Counted from the first letter of the stretch, positions 24,898 to 38,110 are shown. The stretch is DNA of 64,000 bases from Octopus sinensis (GCF_006345805.1 NC_043012.1:5890001-5954000), one strand, 5' to 3'. Numbers and translations: made by a program. Notes: a model not told the origin generated them from the letters alone.

Positions 24898-25097
24898 AAT
24901 GTGACCGCGTGTGTACCGTTGGCGATTTTTTTCCCTCTGTCTTCCCTTCTCTGGATCTTTCCTTTTCCTATGTTTCTGACGAAGAGCTCCGCTCGAAACG
25001 CTAAACCCTCCTTCTTCCCTTCCTTCCTGAGTGTCCAATAATACTTTATTTGTTCCACATCCTCGCGTTGTTGTGTTTTCATGTTTGGATTAACTAT
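24898..25097 (+). mobile_element. ~200-bp mini-element with a minimal hammerhead motif (24972-25006)
   Basis: GUUU-CUGACGA-A-GAGC UCC GCUC-GAAAC-GCU-AAAC; inserted in (TA)n; same layout as 22921-23116. Confidence 0.7.
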
Positions 25098-25100
25098 ATA

Positions 25101-26507
25101 TCATCATCTTCATTTAACGTCCGCTTTCCATGCTAGCATGGGTTGGACGGTTCAACTGGGGTCTGGGGAGCCCGAAAGCTGCACCAGTCCAGTCAGATCT
25201 GGCAGTGTTTCTACAGCTGGATGCCCTTCCTAACGCCAACCACTCCGAGAGTGTAGTGGGTGATTTTATGTGCCACCGACACAGGTGCCAGACGAGGCTG
25301 GCAAACGGCCACGCTCGGATGGTGTTTTTTATGTGCCACCGACACAGGTGCCAGACGAGGCTGGCAGACGGCCACGCTCGGATGGTGTTTTTATGTGCCA
25401 CCGACACAGGTGCCAGATGAGGCTGGCAAACGGCAATGATCGGATGGTGTTTGTTACGTGCCCACAGCACGGAGGCCAGTCGATGCGGTACTGGCTACGG
25501 CCACGTTCGGATGGTTTTCTTGTGTGCCACATGCCACCGGCACTGGTACCACAAAGATACAAATTCCATTGATGTTCATCTATTTTGATTTGTTTTGATT
25601 TTCACTTGCCTCAACAGGTCTTCACAAGTGTCACAAGAAGGAAGGTATGCACAGGTGGACTGACTACGTCCCAGGTAGGGGCCACAGTCTTGCCGGGTCT
25701 TCGGATGGTGTTTTTATGTGCCACCGACACAGGTGCCAGATGAGGCTGGCGAACGGCCACGATCGGATGGTGTTTGTTACGTGCCCACAGCACGGAGGCC
25801 AGTCGGTGCGGTACTGGCTACGGCCACGTTCGGATGGTTTTCTTGTGTGCCACCGGCACTGGTACCACAAAGATACAATTCCATTAATGTTCATATATTT
25901 TGATTTGTTTTGATTTGATTTGATTTGATTTGTTTTGATTTCATTTTGATTTTCACTTGCCTCAACAGGCCTTCACAAGTATCACAAGGAGAAAGGTATG
26001 CACAGGTGGACTGACTACGTCCCAGGTAGGGGCCATGGGATATGGCCTGACTAGTCTTGCCGGGTCTTCAGATGGTGTTTTTATGTGCCACCGACACAGG
26101 TGCTAGATGAGGCTGGCGAACGGCCACGATCGGATGGTGTTTGTTATGTGCCCACAGCATGATGGCCAGTCGATGCGGTACTGACTACAGCCACGTTCGA
26201 ATGGATTTCTTGTGTGCCACAGGCACTGGTACCACAAAGATACAAATTCCATTGATGTTCATCTATTTTGATTTGATTTGATTTTCACTTGCCTCAACAG
26301 GTCTTCACAAGTGTCACAAGAAGGAAGGTATGCACAGGTGGACTGACTAGTCTTGCCGGGTCTTCGGAAGGTGTTTTTATGTGCCACCGACACAGGTGCC
26401 AGATGAGGCTGGCGAACGGCCATGATCGGATGGTGTTTGTTACGTGCCCACAGCACGGAGGCCGGTCGATGCGGAACTGGCTACGGCCACGTTCGGATGG
26501 TTTTCTT
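25101..26507 (-). repeat. Family C element expanded into a higher-order tandem array
   Basis: ~60-bp subunits (GGATGGTGTTTTTATGTGCCACCGACACAGG...) nested in ~300-370-bp units starting near 25380, 25702, 26070 and 26367. Confidence 0.9.
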
Positions 26508-26524
26508 ATATATATATATATATA

Positions 26525-26717
26525 AGGTGGCAAGCTGGCAGAACTGCTTAGCGGTATTTTGTCTGTCTTTACATTCTGAGTTCAAATTCTGTCAAGGTCA
26601 GCTTTGCCTTTCATCCTTTCAGGGTTGATAAATTAAGTACCAGTTGAATACTGGCGTCGATCTAATCGACTGCTCCCCTCCCCCCAAATTTTGGGCCTTG
26701 TGCCCAGAGTAGAAAAG
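26525..26717 (+). mobile_element. SINE family B
   Basis: Head, B box and core. Confidence 0.85.
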
Positions 26718-26719
26718 AC

Positions 26720-26745
<26 letters not shown>

Positions 26746-26750
<5 letters not shown>

Positions 26751-28108
26751 TAATTCCTCAACTACTGTGGGTGTTATGTATGTTCCAATAGGTGAAAATC
26801 TGCGAAGTAGAAACAGTACTGTATATATATATATATTTTTATTTCATTTATAATTTGTATATATTTATTTTATTATAAATGCAAAACAACAGCATGGAGG
26901 AATCAACATAAGCTTAAATAATAAGGCACGATAGGTGAACCGTGATGTGGCAAAGGATTACTGTATGTATATATTACCAACCACATACACCTAATGTAGA
27001 TGCTTCATGTCTTTGCTGGTAGGCTGCAATTTGGTACAGTGGAGCATACTTTCCCAAAGCACCGCATGTTAAAACACCTGAGATAACTCCCCCCCTAATT
27101 CCATTTAGGAGTGATTGACCTCGGTGTTTCACCATTTTTGTGGCTTGTCAGTATCACATACTTGAACAGGGTCAGAGATGAACCAATTTGTCAGTCCACG
27201 ACTTCCCTGCACTTGGCATGCAAACCACGTGCAGCTGTGCCTGGACAATGGATACGTAAGAATAAATTCAAACATGATGTAGAAGTAACTCTAGTGTAAT
27301 TAACATCACCACAACATATGCATAACATATATACTTTATGTATTTGCTGGCAAGCTGAGATTTGGCATGGAGGAGTATACTCTCTCAAAGTGCTGGATGT
27401 TATCTTTGTATGTGTGTGTGTGTATGCTTGAGTGTGAGTGTCCCCTTGTCTTACCATTGTGTGATAGTTGTAATGAGCATCACTACTGTAGCGGTACTCA
27501 TTGTTTCAAATCCTTCATGAAAACATGTCTCACTCAGAAACAGGTAAAGGTTGGTGATTGGAAAGGCACCAGCCTGTAGAAAATCTGCTTTAACATATTC
27601 CTTCCAACCATGCGAGTGTTCAGAAGTCTACCTGAAAACAATAACAATATATGTGTGTATATATGTTTGTCTATGCACATAAATGTCAAACGTCTCTACA
27701 GGCTAAAACGGTTGGTTTTAGGAAGAGAAAACTGTGACAAAATAAAATGTATGAAGCATAATTTTTGCATATATGTGTGTCGCTGTGTGGTAAGAAGCTT
27801 GTCTCCCAACCACATAGTTGCGGGTTCAATCCCACTGCATGACACTTTGGGCAAACATCTTCGAGGAAAGGTTAAGTCGATTATATCAACCTCAGTGCTC
27901 AGCTTGTACTTATTTTATCGACCCTGAAAGGTTGAAAGGCAAAGTCGACCTCAACAGTATTTAAACTCACAACATAAAGAGGGATGAAATGCCACAAAGC
28001 ATTATACCCAGCATGCTAAGAATTCTGCCAGCTCGCTGCCTTTTGGGAATTGTTAAATATTGGCTTTTGGCTCACCCTTCTGTGTGTGTGTGTATTTATG
28101 TATATATA

Positions 28109-28159
<51 letters not shown>

Positions 28160-29512
28160 ACACAGTAATTCCTCAACTACTGTGGGTGTTATGTATGTTC
28201 CAATAGGTGAAAATCTGCGAAGTAGAAACAGTACTGTATATATATATATATTTTTATTTCATTTATAATTTGTATATATTTATTTTATTATAAATGCAAA
28301 ACAACAGCATGGAGGAATCAACATAAGCTTAAATAATAAGGCACGATAGGTGAACCGTGATGTGGCAAAGGATTACTGTATGTATATATTACCAACCACA
28401 TACACCTAATGTAGATGCTTCATGTCTTTGCTGGTAGGCTGCAATTTGGTACAGTGGAGCATACTTTCCCAAAGCACCGCATGTTAAAACACCTGAGATA
28501 ACTCCCCCCCTAATTCCATTTAGGAGTGATTGACCTCGGTGTTTCACCATTTTTGTGGCTTGTCAGTATCACATACTTGAACAGGGTCAGAGATGAACCA
28601 ATTTGTCAGTCCACGACTTCCCTGCACTTGGCATGCAAACCACGTGCAGCTGTGCCTGGACAATGGATACGTAAGAATAAATTCAAACATGATGTAGAAG
28701 TAACTCTAGTGTAATTAACATCACCAACAACATATGCATAACATATATACTTTATGTATTTGCTGGCAAGCTGAGATTTGGCATGGAGGAGTATACTCTC
28801 TCAAAGTGCTGGATGTTATCTTTGTATGTGTGTGTGTGTATGCTTGAGTGCGAGTGTCCCCTTGTCTTACCATTGTGTGATAGTTGTAAATGAGCATCAC
28901 TACTGTAAGCGGTACTCATTGTTTCAAATCCTTCATGAAAACATGTCTCACTCAGAAACAGGTAAAGGTTGGTGATTGGAAAGGCACCAGCCTGTAGAAA
29001 ATCTGCTTTAACATATTCCTTCCAACCATGCGAGTGTTCAGAAGTCTACCTGAAAACAATAACAATATATGTGTGTATATATGTTTGTCTATGCACATAA
29101 ATGTCAAACGTCTCTACAGGCTAAAACGGTTGGTTTTAGGAAGAGAAAACTGTGACAAAATAAAATGTATGAAGCATAATTTTTGCATATATGTGTGTCG
29201 CTGTGTGGTAAGAAGCTTGTCTCCCAACCACATAGTTGCGGGTTCAATCCCACTGCATGACACTTTGGGCAAACATCTTCGAGGAAAGGTTAAGTCGATT
29301 ATATCAACCTCAGTGCTCAGCTGTACTTATTTTATCGACCCTGAAAGGTTGAAAGGCAAAGTCGACCTCAACAGTATTTAAACTCACAACATAAGAGGGA
29401 TGAAATGCCACAAAGCATTATACCCAGCATGCTAAGAATTCTGCCAGCTCGCTGCCTTTTGGGAATTGTTAAATATTGGCTTTTGGCTCACCCTTCTGTG
29501 TGTGTGTGTATT

Positions 29513-29516
<4 letters not shown>
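26746..29516. repeat. Near-identical 1.4-kb tandem duplication (26746-28100 and 28161-29516)
   Basis: Offset ~1415 nt; units bounded by (TA)n; identical ORFs at 27111 and 28526. Confidence 0.95.
26748..26963. mobile_element. Tc1/pogo-type MITE (second copy 28163-28378)
   Basis: TIRs CAGTAATTCCT / AGGATTACTG followed by TA. Confidence 0.65.
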
Positions 29517-29552
<36 letters not shown>

Positions 29553-29879
29553 ACATATATGTATACAGGACTGGATTTAGACCTAGTGTCCTAATTTTAC
29601 TTATTCAAAACAGAAAATAACTAACTGGGTTCCATTAAGTCCAAGGATTCCAAACAGTTTGAAGAGGCCTTGAAACTTGAAAGGACCTTGGTAGATTCAG
29701 AGTGGCTCAGAACAGAAAAAGTTAAAAGCTTTTTAAATTTAAAAGGGACCAATAAATAAAAAAAAAAGGATTCAGTTATTTTAGAAATACACTACTGGAT
29801 TAAAAAAAAAAAATGAAATAAGTAAAAAAAAAAAGAATTGTTTGCTGTAAATATATTTAAAAATCTCTAACTCCAAGCT

Positions 29880-30340
29880 TTAGACTTCTCTAAAGCTTGG
29901 GGTCTTTGAGGCATAGTCCGTACTGGCCCTTACATAAATCTGGCCTCTTGTGTATACTCTCATGTGTGAGACTTCTTCATTTGCATATTTAGAGTACAGA
30001 ATCACTCTCTCTGTTGCTGGTATTGGTATCGAGCTGGCAGAGTCGTTAGCACACCGGGCGAAATGCTTAGCGGTATTTCGTCTGCCATTACGTTCTGAGT
30101 TCAAATTCCGCCGAGGTCGACTTTGCCTTTCATCCTTTCGGGGTCGATTAAATAAGTACCAGTTACGCATTGGGGGTCGATATAATCGATTCAATCCGTT
30201 TGTCTGTCATTGTTTGACCCTTCTGTGTTTAGCCCCTTGTGGGTACTAAAGAAATAGGTATTGGTATCGAAACGTGATCAATGCCTTCAACAGTTGATTT
30301 TCAAGTCAAAATCAACTCCTCACTTCATTGTCGTAATTTC
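29880..30340 (-). mobile_element. Possible decayed DNA-transposase C-terminal remnant, interrupted by a SINE B
   Basis: ATERVI...RGQIYVRAS...TPSF loosely resembles transposon-derived C-termini; weak. Confidence 0.25.
30033..30256 (+). mobile_element. Young SINE family B with 14-bp TSD
   Basis: TSD ggtattggtatcga at 30019-30032 and 30257-30270; CpGs intact. Confidence 0.92.
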
Positions 30341-30529
30341 AAAATTAAAAACAATATAAAGAATAAAATAAATAATTTTAGCTGATAATGATGGAGTTAT
30401 TTCCCCTGTTTGTCTCGTATTAACTCCACCCCCACCGAGCCCGAGGGAGTGTTTGTGCTCAATGATATAATGTTCCCTCCAGATTTTGTTTCCTCATAGC
30501 TTTCAGGAAAATGGGTATTCGTTGGCGAA

Positions 30530-30930
30530 GGCGTGGCTCTGTGGTATGAAGCTTGCTTCCTAACCACATGATTCCCGGTTCAGTCCCACTGCGTGGAACC
30601 TTAGGCAAGTGTTTTCTATGATAGCCTCGGGCCGATCAAAAAGCCCTGTGAATGGGTTTGGTAGACGGAAACTGAAAGAAGCCCTGCCTGCGTGTGTGTG
30701 TGTGTGTCTTTGTGTTTGTTTGTCCCCTCACCATCACTTGTCAACCGATGCTGATGTGTTTACGCCCCTGTTATCGAGCTGTTCGGCAAGAGAGACCGAT
30801 AGTGTAAGTACTAGGTTTAGAAAGAATCATCAAGTCCTGGGATCGATTTCTTCGACTAGAAACCTCTTTAATGCGGTGCTCCAGCATGGCCGCAGTCAAA
30901 CGACTGAAACAAGTGAAAGAATTAAAGGAT
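30530..30930 (+). mobile_element. SINE family A
   Basis: Full head/core/tail. Confidence 0.88.
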
Positions 30931-31777
30931 AAAAAAAATACCTTTCAGTTGGTATTTATCATAGATTGCGATTATATTGGAATTTAATGCAATAAAAGAA
31001 ATATTGGTGGACACACACACATACTCACATCACATAATCTATTCAGTTTTAAGTTTCATTTTCAATATGTATGTATATGCGCCTACCATTTAAACAAAAA
31101 TTAAATCCCGTTATTATCGTAATTTACACAATCTGAAAGGTATATGTAGAAAATTTCTATAAGAAAATTGCTATTTCCTGAAAGTTGTGAGGGGGGGGGA
31201 ATGTCGGAGTGGGGGGCCTCACACTTTTGTAGGTATGCTATTTGGCAAAATAAGTAGCTGATTGCAACGATAATTAAGGGGTCTTTGAAAACGCCCTGTC
31301 TTAGCATGGTTTTAGTCCAAGGATCTGAACGAATAAATAGCGTACACACGCGCGCATACACCCTCCCCCCGCGCACACGTACAAAATTGACGGCCATAAC
31401 CTTGTTTTTAAGGTGACTTGAGTGACATCCGAACAGTGAATGTGTATGTGGGGTGATGGTGTTTACTTTGAAAGTTTTCATGTTTGATTGACAACCATTA
31501 AATGTTAATTCACTGCAACTAGGCGGCTAACAGTTTTATTCTGGTTACTTCAGCCTTCTCTTTTTACAGAAGTACCAAAATGTTATAGCAAGTATCTTCC
31601 CCGATAGATCTGGGTTTTGGAGACGATTGAAGTGCAAAAACAGATAACAGTAGTGCGTTATATTGAGATATACGAGTATTGTGTAACAAGGGAATTAACT
31701 CTACTTGCCATCGGATTTATAGCTGGGGGTGATAGTATGGAGAATAAGTAGGTGTGCGTGTGTGAAATATATATATA

Positions 31778-32620
31778 GGCGTAGGAGTGGCTGTGTGGTA
31801 AGTAGTTTGCTTACCAACCACACGGTTCCGGGTTCAGTCCCATTGCATGGCATCTTGGGCAAGTGTCTTCTACTACAGCCTCGTGACGACCAAAGCTTTG
31901 TGAGTGGATTTGGTAGACGGAAACTGAAAGAAGCCCGTCGTATATATATATATATATATGTTGTATGTCTTGACAACCGATGCTGGTGTGTTTACGTCCC
32001 TGTAACTTAGCGGTTCGGCAAAATAGACTGATAGAATAAGTACTAGGCTTACAAAGAATAAGTCCTGGGGTCGATTTGCTCGACTAAAGGCGGTGCTCCA
32101 GCATGGCCGCAGGCAAATGACTGAAACAAGTAAAAGAATATGCATATATGTGTGTGTATTCTTTTATGTTTCAGCCTTGTGGCTGCGGCCATGCTGGGGC
32201 AGAATATATATATATATATATATATACTTGTTTGCATCAATAGACACACACATGGATCTTTTATCTTTTACTTGTTTCAGTCATCATGCTGGGGTATATC
32301 ACCTTGAATTTTAGTCGAACGAATCGTCTTCCAGTGTTTTTTTTTAAATTTTAAACCTGGTACTTAGAGTAGCGTTTTCTTTTGCCGAACCGCTAAGTTA
32401 CGAGGACGTAAATACATCACCACCGCTTGTCAAACAGTGGTGGGGACAGACACAGACATAAAGATACGGCGGGCTTCTTTCAGTTTCCGTCTACCAAATC
32501 TATTCGCAAAGCTTTTGTCGGCCCGAAGCTATAGTAGAAAATACTTGCCCAAGGTGCCACTCAAAGGGACCGAACCCGGAACCATGTGTTTGGCAAACTA
32601 ACTTCTTACCACACAGCCAC
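31778..32620. mobile_element. Inverted SINE A pair (+31778-32138, -32260-32620)
   Basis: Two near-complete copies facing each other. Confidence 0.88.
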
Positions 32621-34089
32621 AACAATCAGGATATAATATAAAAAATAAACACATAAACACTACGTTTTTTCTTTCTTTTTGTGGGTAAGAGTGGGAGTGG
32701 GAGAAAAAAGCTCTCATTTCTTTGCAAAATGTATTTCAATTTTCTGCTCAATTGATTCTTGCTGACGAAATCCACCTTTTTGTCTCCTCGGAATTAAATG
32801 ATTACATAACGAACTCATATAGAGATAATATCATGCTGTGTCGAGTGAAGCTGCCAGTGGGAGAAACGAATCTACATGATATTGCAGTCTGCAGCCCGGT
32901 TCCCTCTCTCCCCCATTTAGTTTATAAATAATGCCTTAGGGTAAAACTTGGCATAACCCAATTTCTGTTCTATCGAAATTGTACAAAATTCAGCAGACCC
33001 ACACACGTGTGCCTTCTTCTGCGCCCGACTTTTCGCATAATTTCCAGAAATATGGATATATTTTTTAATGAAATTCTCAACAAATACCTCTTGTAGGGTA
33101 ATGTGAAAGCAAACAAAAAATATGGCAAGCTTAATATACACTGACACACATCAATATATATCTACAAAATGAAACGAAAACATTATGTGATGTCTGTCAG
33201 TATGTATGAATTATACTTTTAATGGTAATCTAAACTATCTGAAAGGTATTTGTAGAAAATGTCATTTAAAATACCTATTTTTCTGAAAGTTATGAGGAAA
33301 CAAAGTCGGAGAGGGGGCATGTTTGCGTCGGTGTGTCCAAAATTCTTAAGGTTCTTTACATCATTTCAGTATATACTTGTATAGGACTTGTTATAAAATT
33401 CAACATCAAAACAGTTCTGTGTATGTGTGTTTGTCTCTTCTATATCGGAATCTTCATGAATCTGTGTGTGTGTGTTTCTGTACGAAGGTCCGGTTGCGTT
33501 TTGTTTCTGCTTATTGTGTGGGATCTTTACATTTGTTTTTGTGTGACACAACATGTATGTAATATCTACCTACATGTGGTCCGGTGCGAGATTGTTCGTC
33601 CGCGCTTCCATATGTGCTTCTTCTGCACAACTATGCATTTCTTTGTCTGTGTGTATTTGTCTAAGTTTAGTCAGTCAAGTCATTTTATAGAGCAAAAAAG
33701 AGCGTAGTTGCCGTTGGTAGGTTAGTGGGACAGGTCACATATTTATTAACCTCATTCCTTTGATGACCAGTTCTCTTATCTAACACTTAACACCCTCTCC
33801 ATCCTTTTACAAGTGTCACGCCGCCGCCACCACCACCATTACCAACTATTTATCTTTTTCTTTCTCCTCTCTTTCTCTCTATATTGTACTGTCATCTCTT
33901 TCCTCTCTCTAAGTTCATCGACACTAAAACACCCCTCTTCATCATTCCACCTCCGAACACTATTAGCGGTATAATATGTTTAACTCCTTCCCTCCTGCCA
34001 ATAGCTTTATTCTTTATGTTCACTACCACCACTTCCATTTCTCTCTCTCTCTATATTTATATTTAATAGCTTTAACTCTCCCGTTCTAT

Positions 34090-34228
34090 ATTTATTTCTT
34101 TATTGCCCACAGGGGTTGAACGTAGAGGGGACAAACAAGGACAGACAAAGGGATTAAGTCGATTGCATCGACACAGTGCGTAACTGGTACTTATTTAATC
34201 GACCCCGAAAGGATGAATGGCAAAGTCT
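34090..34228 (-). mobile_element. SINE family B, 3' part
   Basis: Tail same as the 30033 copy. Confidence 0.82.
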
Positions 34229-35854
34229 TTACTCGCTCTTTTACTCTAATAAGCTTTTTACTTTTTTTTCTGTGACCCATTCTCTTACTTCACCTCTTCC
34301 TCTTCACGTCACAGCCCGTTCTTGTTCCTTGAATTTTAGTCCTTCTCCTTCACTTTAGCAGTCTTTCTCACCATTTTATTTTCTGCTCTCTCTCTTTCTC
34401 TCACACACACACACTCCTTCAATTTAGTTCTCTTTCAAATATTTTCCTTAGTTTTTTTTTCTCTTACAAATACTTCAATTTAGTTACCACTTTCACAAAT
34501 TTTCTTCAGTTTCTCTCTCTGTCCCTCACACACACACACACATGCATTACCCATTTTCTCTCACACACACACTTTCCCTCAGTTTTGCGTTATATTTTCT
34601 TACTACAACTGTTCCATCTACATTTTCTCTCCTTTCGTTACTGCCCCCTCTTTTGCTCGCTTCTCTCTTTCACTATGCTATTTTCAATATTATACCCATT
34701 TCTTTTCTTTCTTCACTTCATCGTCTTCTCTTACAGACACGCACGCTCTCTCTCTCTCTTTCCCCCTCTCTCCTCTCCTCTCTCTCTCTCTCTGCCTTAA
34801 TTTAATTTCCTTCCACTTGTTTCGGTTTTTGACACATTTCCGCTTCGTCTCTCATCTCTCTCTCTCTCTTTCTCTGTGGAAATGTCTTACGTGACCCAAA
34901 TTGACCTGAACGAATGACCAAATTGTTCTGTAGCGAATAACACGACTTCTGCAGACGATGTATGTGATGTATTTGATTTGATTTGAATAAATATCTCTAT
35001 CTAGAAACTTCTAAACATACTCATCGCTTTCAGTATACATACAAGTCACTATCGCTCTACATTTCGGTGAGTAGTTCGTAACCACATGGTTCCACAAGTG
35101 TCTTCTGCTATCGGCCCGGGCTGACCAAAGTCTTGTGAGTGGATTTAGTTGGTGGTTACTGAAAGAAATCCGTCGTGTGTGTGTGTGTTACTACTATTGT
35201 TTGAGACAACCGGTGTTGCTTTGTTTTTGTCTCAGCAGTCTGGCGTCAGAAACCGAGAGAATAAGTACCAGTTTTTCTTTTCTTTTTTTTCGTTTTGTTT
35301 CTTCTTTCTAATAACTGGTGTCGATTCGTTCGACTGAAAATCCATCAAAGCGGCGGCTCAGCATAGCCGCAGTCCAATGACTGAAACAAGTAAAAGATAA
35401 AAAAATAAAAGATAGTGAGGTGGGGGGGAGGTAACAGAAATGACTAACGTAGATATGTGAGCATATCAAACGTACTGCAACAAACTTCTGACTAAAGATG
35501 TAACAGCTGTGACCACACTTTATCTCTAGGTGTGTGTGTGTTTGTGTGTGTAACTTATGTAGTAGATGTGTAAACGGCTAATTCAGCTGTTCCTCCGTAG
35601 ACTGAAAAAGTCGTGAACAGTATTTACGGATTTTCGAATCTTATTGAGTTCTCATCAGAAATGTCTTCATCAATTTGATTAATCACAGAAAAACAAGCAA
35701 CCACTCTTAATATATGCTCAATAATTCCAGTAGCCACAGAGAACTATCCTCCTTATTTAGTCTGAAAGGAAAGCGGATATGTGCTGCAGCAAACTTTTGA
35801 TTAAACTCTATCGGTTTGACTGATTTTCGACCTGGCTTTCGGTGTTTGGCTGTC

Positions 35855-35898
35855 TGTTGCTGATGATCCGAAACACGGTGAAATCACGTGATACAATA
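35855..35898 (+). ncRNA. Type I hammerhead ribozyme, nearly canonical
   Basis: UGUUG-CUGAUGA-UCCG AAACA CGGU-GAAA-UCACGUGA-UA-CAAUA; palindromic stem III, stem I UGUUG/CAAUA. Confidence 0.75.
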
Positions 35899-35944
35899 CT
35901 GCCATTTGCTGCTGCTCACGAAATTTTGTCAACCGATGTAATCC

Positions 35945-36167
35945 GTGCTTATTAGCACTTGTCGTCTGCCCGAGGTGATTTCTAGGGTCAGACCTCTTAA
36001 ACGGGACGCCAATCTGTTGTAGGGTTACTTATTAACAGCTGAGTGGACTGGAGAAATGCGAAATGAAGTGTTCTTGTTTAAGAACACAACGCATCTCCCA
36101 GGCCGGGAATCGAAATCACGACATTGCGATCGTGATTGCAACACCGTAACCACTAAGCCACGCGCCC
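35945..36167 (-). mobile_element. tRNA-derived CORE-like SINE (related to families D/E)
   Basis: Head GGCGCGTGGCTTAGTGGTTA, TTCGATTCCCGGCC, CCAGTCCACTCAGCTG. Confidence 0.75.
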
Positions 36168-36703
36168 TTACATACACAATATGTTTTAACTGAGGAAGGT
36201 TTTGCATAATGGATGAATTTCCTATTATATGTTGTGCAGACCTGAAACATACGTAGTAAATGATCTCAAAATATCACTATTTTAGTTTGACTTTATTATT
36301 ACAAACTTATTTAATCTTTCAGTTAATTGTAATTATTTGAACAATTGTTGGCTGGTAATTAGCTAAAGTGTCGGTACACGTGTCATATGTACCTACTACA
36401 TTGGCCAATATGTACAACTATTGCATGTACATTAGCTGATAAATGTCACCTCTAAAATAATGCTTTCAAAAATGTTATTGTCACTAATTTACTCTTGCCT
36501 AATTATATGAACAAAAAAAAAAGTAAAAAATTCCACACAAAACTTCTTCAGTGTTATGTGTCATGACTTCAAGATTTTGAAGAATCGTATTATTCGGAAG
36601 TGAAATATTTTCAGTCTCGCTTCACTGCGTTTTGTTCCATCATTTCGCTCGCTTTCTCTTTTTCATTCTACACGCTGGCATTCATTATTGTTAGGCCCTC
36701 AAA

Positions 36704-37285
36704 AGCGGCGAGCTGGTAGAATCGTTAGGATGCTGCACAAATATATTAGCAGTATCGGCCCCTTTGCCTTTCCCTTGGATAACACTAGTGGCGTGGAGAG
36801 GGGAGGTCGGTATGCATGGGCGACTGCTGGTCTTCCATAAACAACCTTGCTCGGACTTGTACCTCGGAGGGTAACTTTCTAGGTGCAATCCCACGGTCAG
36901 TCATGACCAAAGGGGTCTCAATTTCTTCCGGTTCTTTACATTCTGGATTCAAATTCCACGGAGGTCGACTTTGCCTTTCATCCTTTTGAGATCGATAAAA
37001 TAAGTACTAGTTGAACACTGCAGCCGATGTTATTGACTAGTCCCCTCTCACAAAATTTCAGGCCTTGAGACTTTAGTAGAAAAGCAGCGAGCTGGCAGAA
37101 TCGACAGCGGCCATTTTTTTTCTTCGACTTTACATTTTGAGTTGAAATTCCGCCATGGTTGACTCTGCCTTTCGTCTTTTTAGAGGAGTCGATAAAATGA
37201 GTACCAGTTGAGCACTGGGGTCCACAAAATCGACTACCCCCTCCCCTTCCGAGAAACAATTTCCAGGCCTCGTCCCTATGGTGAA
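36704..37285 (+). mobile_element. Two SINE B copies; the first is interrupted by a family D 3' segment (36751-36917)
   Basis: B head, then the D tail GTATCGGCCCCTTTGCC...GGGGTCTC, then the B core resumes. Confidence 0.82.
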
Positions 37286-37727
37286 AAGAATTCTTACTAG
37301 GCTCTAACCAACTGTATGACTCTGCAGCTAAGCAACTTGCTTTTGGGATCTTTTTTACCGACACTAAGTTTACTTACAAAAGCTCTACTCTGTATATTTT
37401 GAGATTCCAGCACCCTTTAAAAATAATTAGCACTTTTATTTATTTGATGAGACTGTCATATGTCGTGAAGTGTCTTTTCAGGTTTGCTGGGATCATTGCT
37501 GCATAAGATCACCATTTCATATAAAGGATTTTGGTTAGTACCCGCCATTATAAAAACGGGTCTTTGGTACTCCCATCTTTGCATTTACCCAGTGAAGTTT
37601 ATCAGAATATTTCGATCATTCATGACTAGTTCCATCAGAATTTTCATCGATGCTTCCTCTTTGAAACCGTCACATCAGGCATTCAGGGGTAGGCTGGGGG
37701 TAAAAAAAAAAGATTAATGAAACTAAA

Positions 37728-38110
37728 GCAGGTGCGGCTGTGTGGTAAGAAGTTTGCTTCGCAACAACATGGTTCTGGGTTCAGTCCCGCTGCGTGGCAC
37801 CATGGGCAAGTCTTTTCTATTGTAGTCCTGGGCCGATCAAGACCTTGTGAGTGAATTTGGTTGACAAAAACTGAAAGAAGTCTGTCGTGCGTGTGTGTGT
37901 GTTTCTGTATGTTCCCTACAATCGCTTGCTAACCGTTACTGGTTTGTTTACGTGCCTGTGACGTAGTGGCTCGGCAAAAGAGACGATAGAATAAGTACCT
38001 AATAAAAAAAAAAAACAGGTAGTCTGGTCGATTTGTTCGACTAAACCCTTCAAGGCGGTGCCCCAGTGTAGCCGCTGTCCAATGTCTGAAATAAGTAAAA
38101 GATAAAAGAT
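37728..38110 (+). mobile_element. SINE family A
   Basis: Full motifs. Confidence 0.85.

Noticed and set aside
25255-26507. CRISPR-like repeat/spacer appearance
   Set aside because: The intervening sequences are themselves repeated, the array grows out of a SINE-like element, the context is eukaryotic, and there are no cas genes
31120-33330. Two related segments (~31125-31230 and ~33230-33325) as a conserved regulatory element
   Set aside because: More simply explained as fragments of an unclassified old interspersed repeat; no termini identifiable
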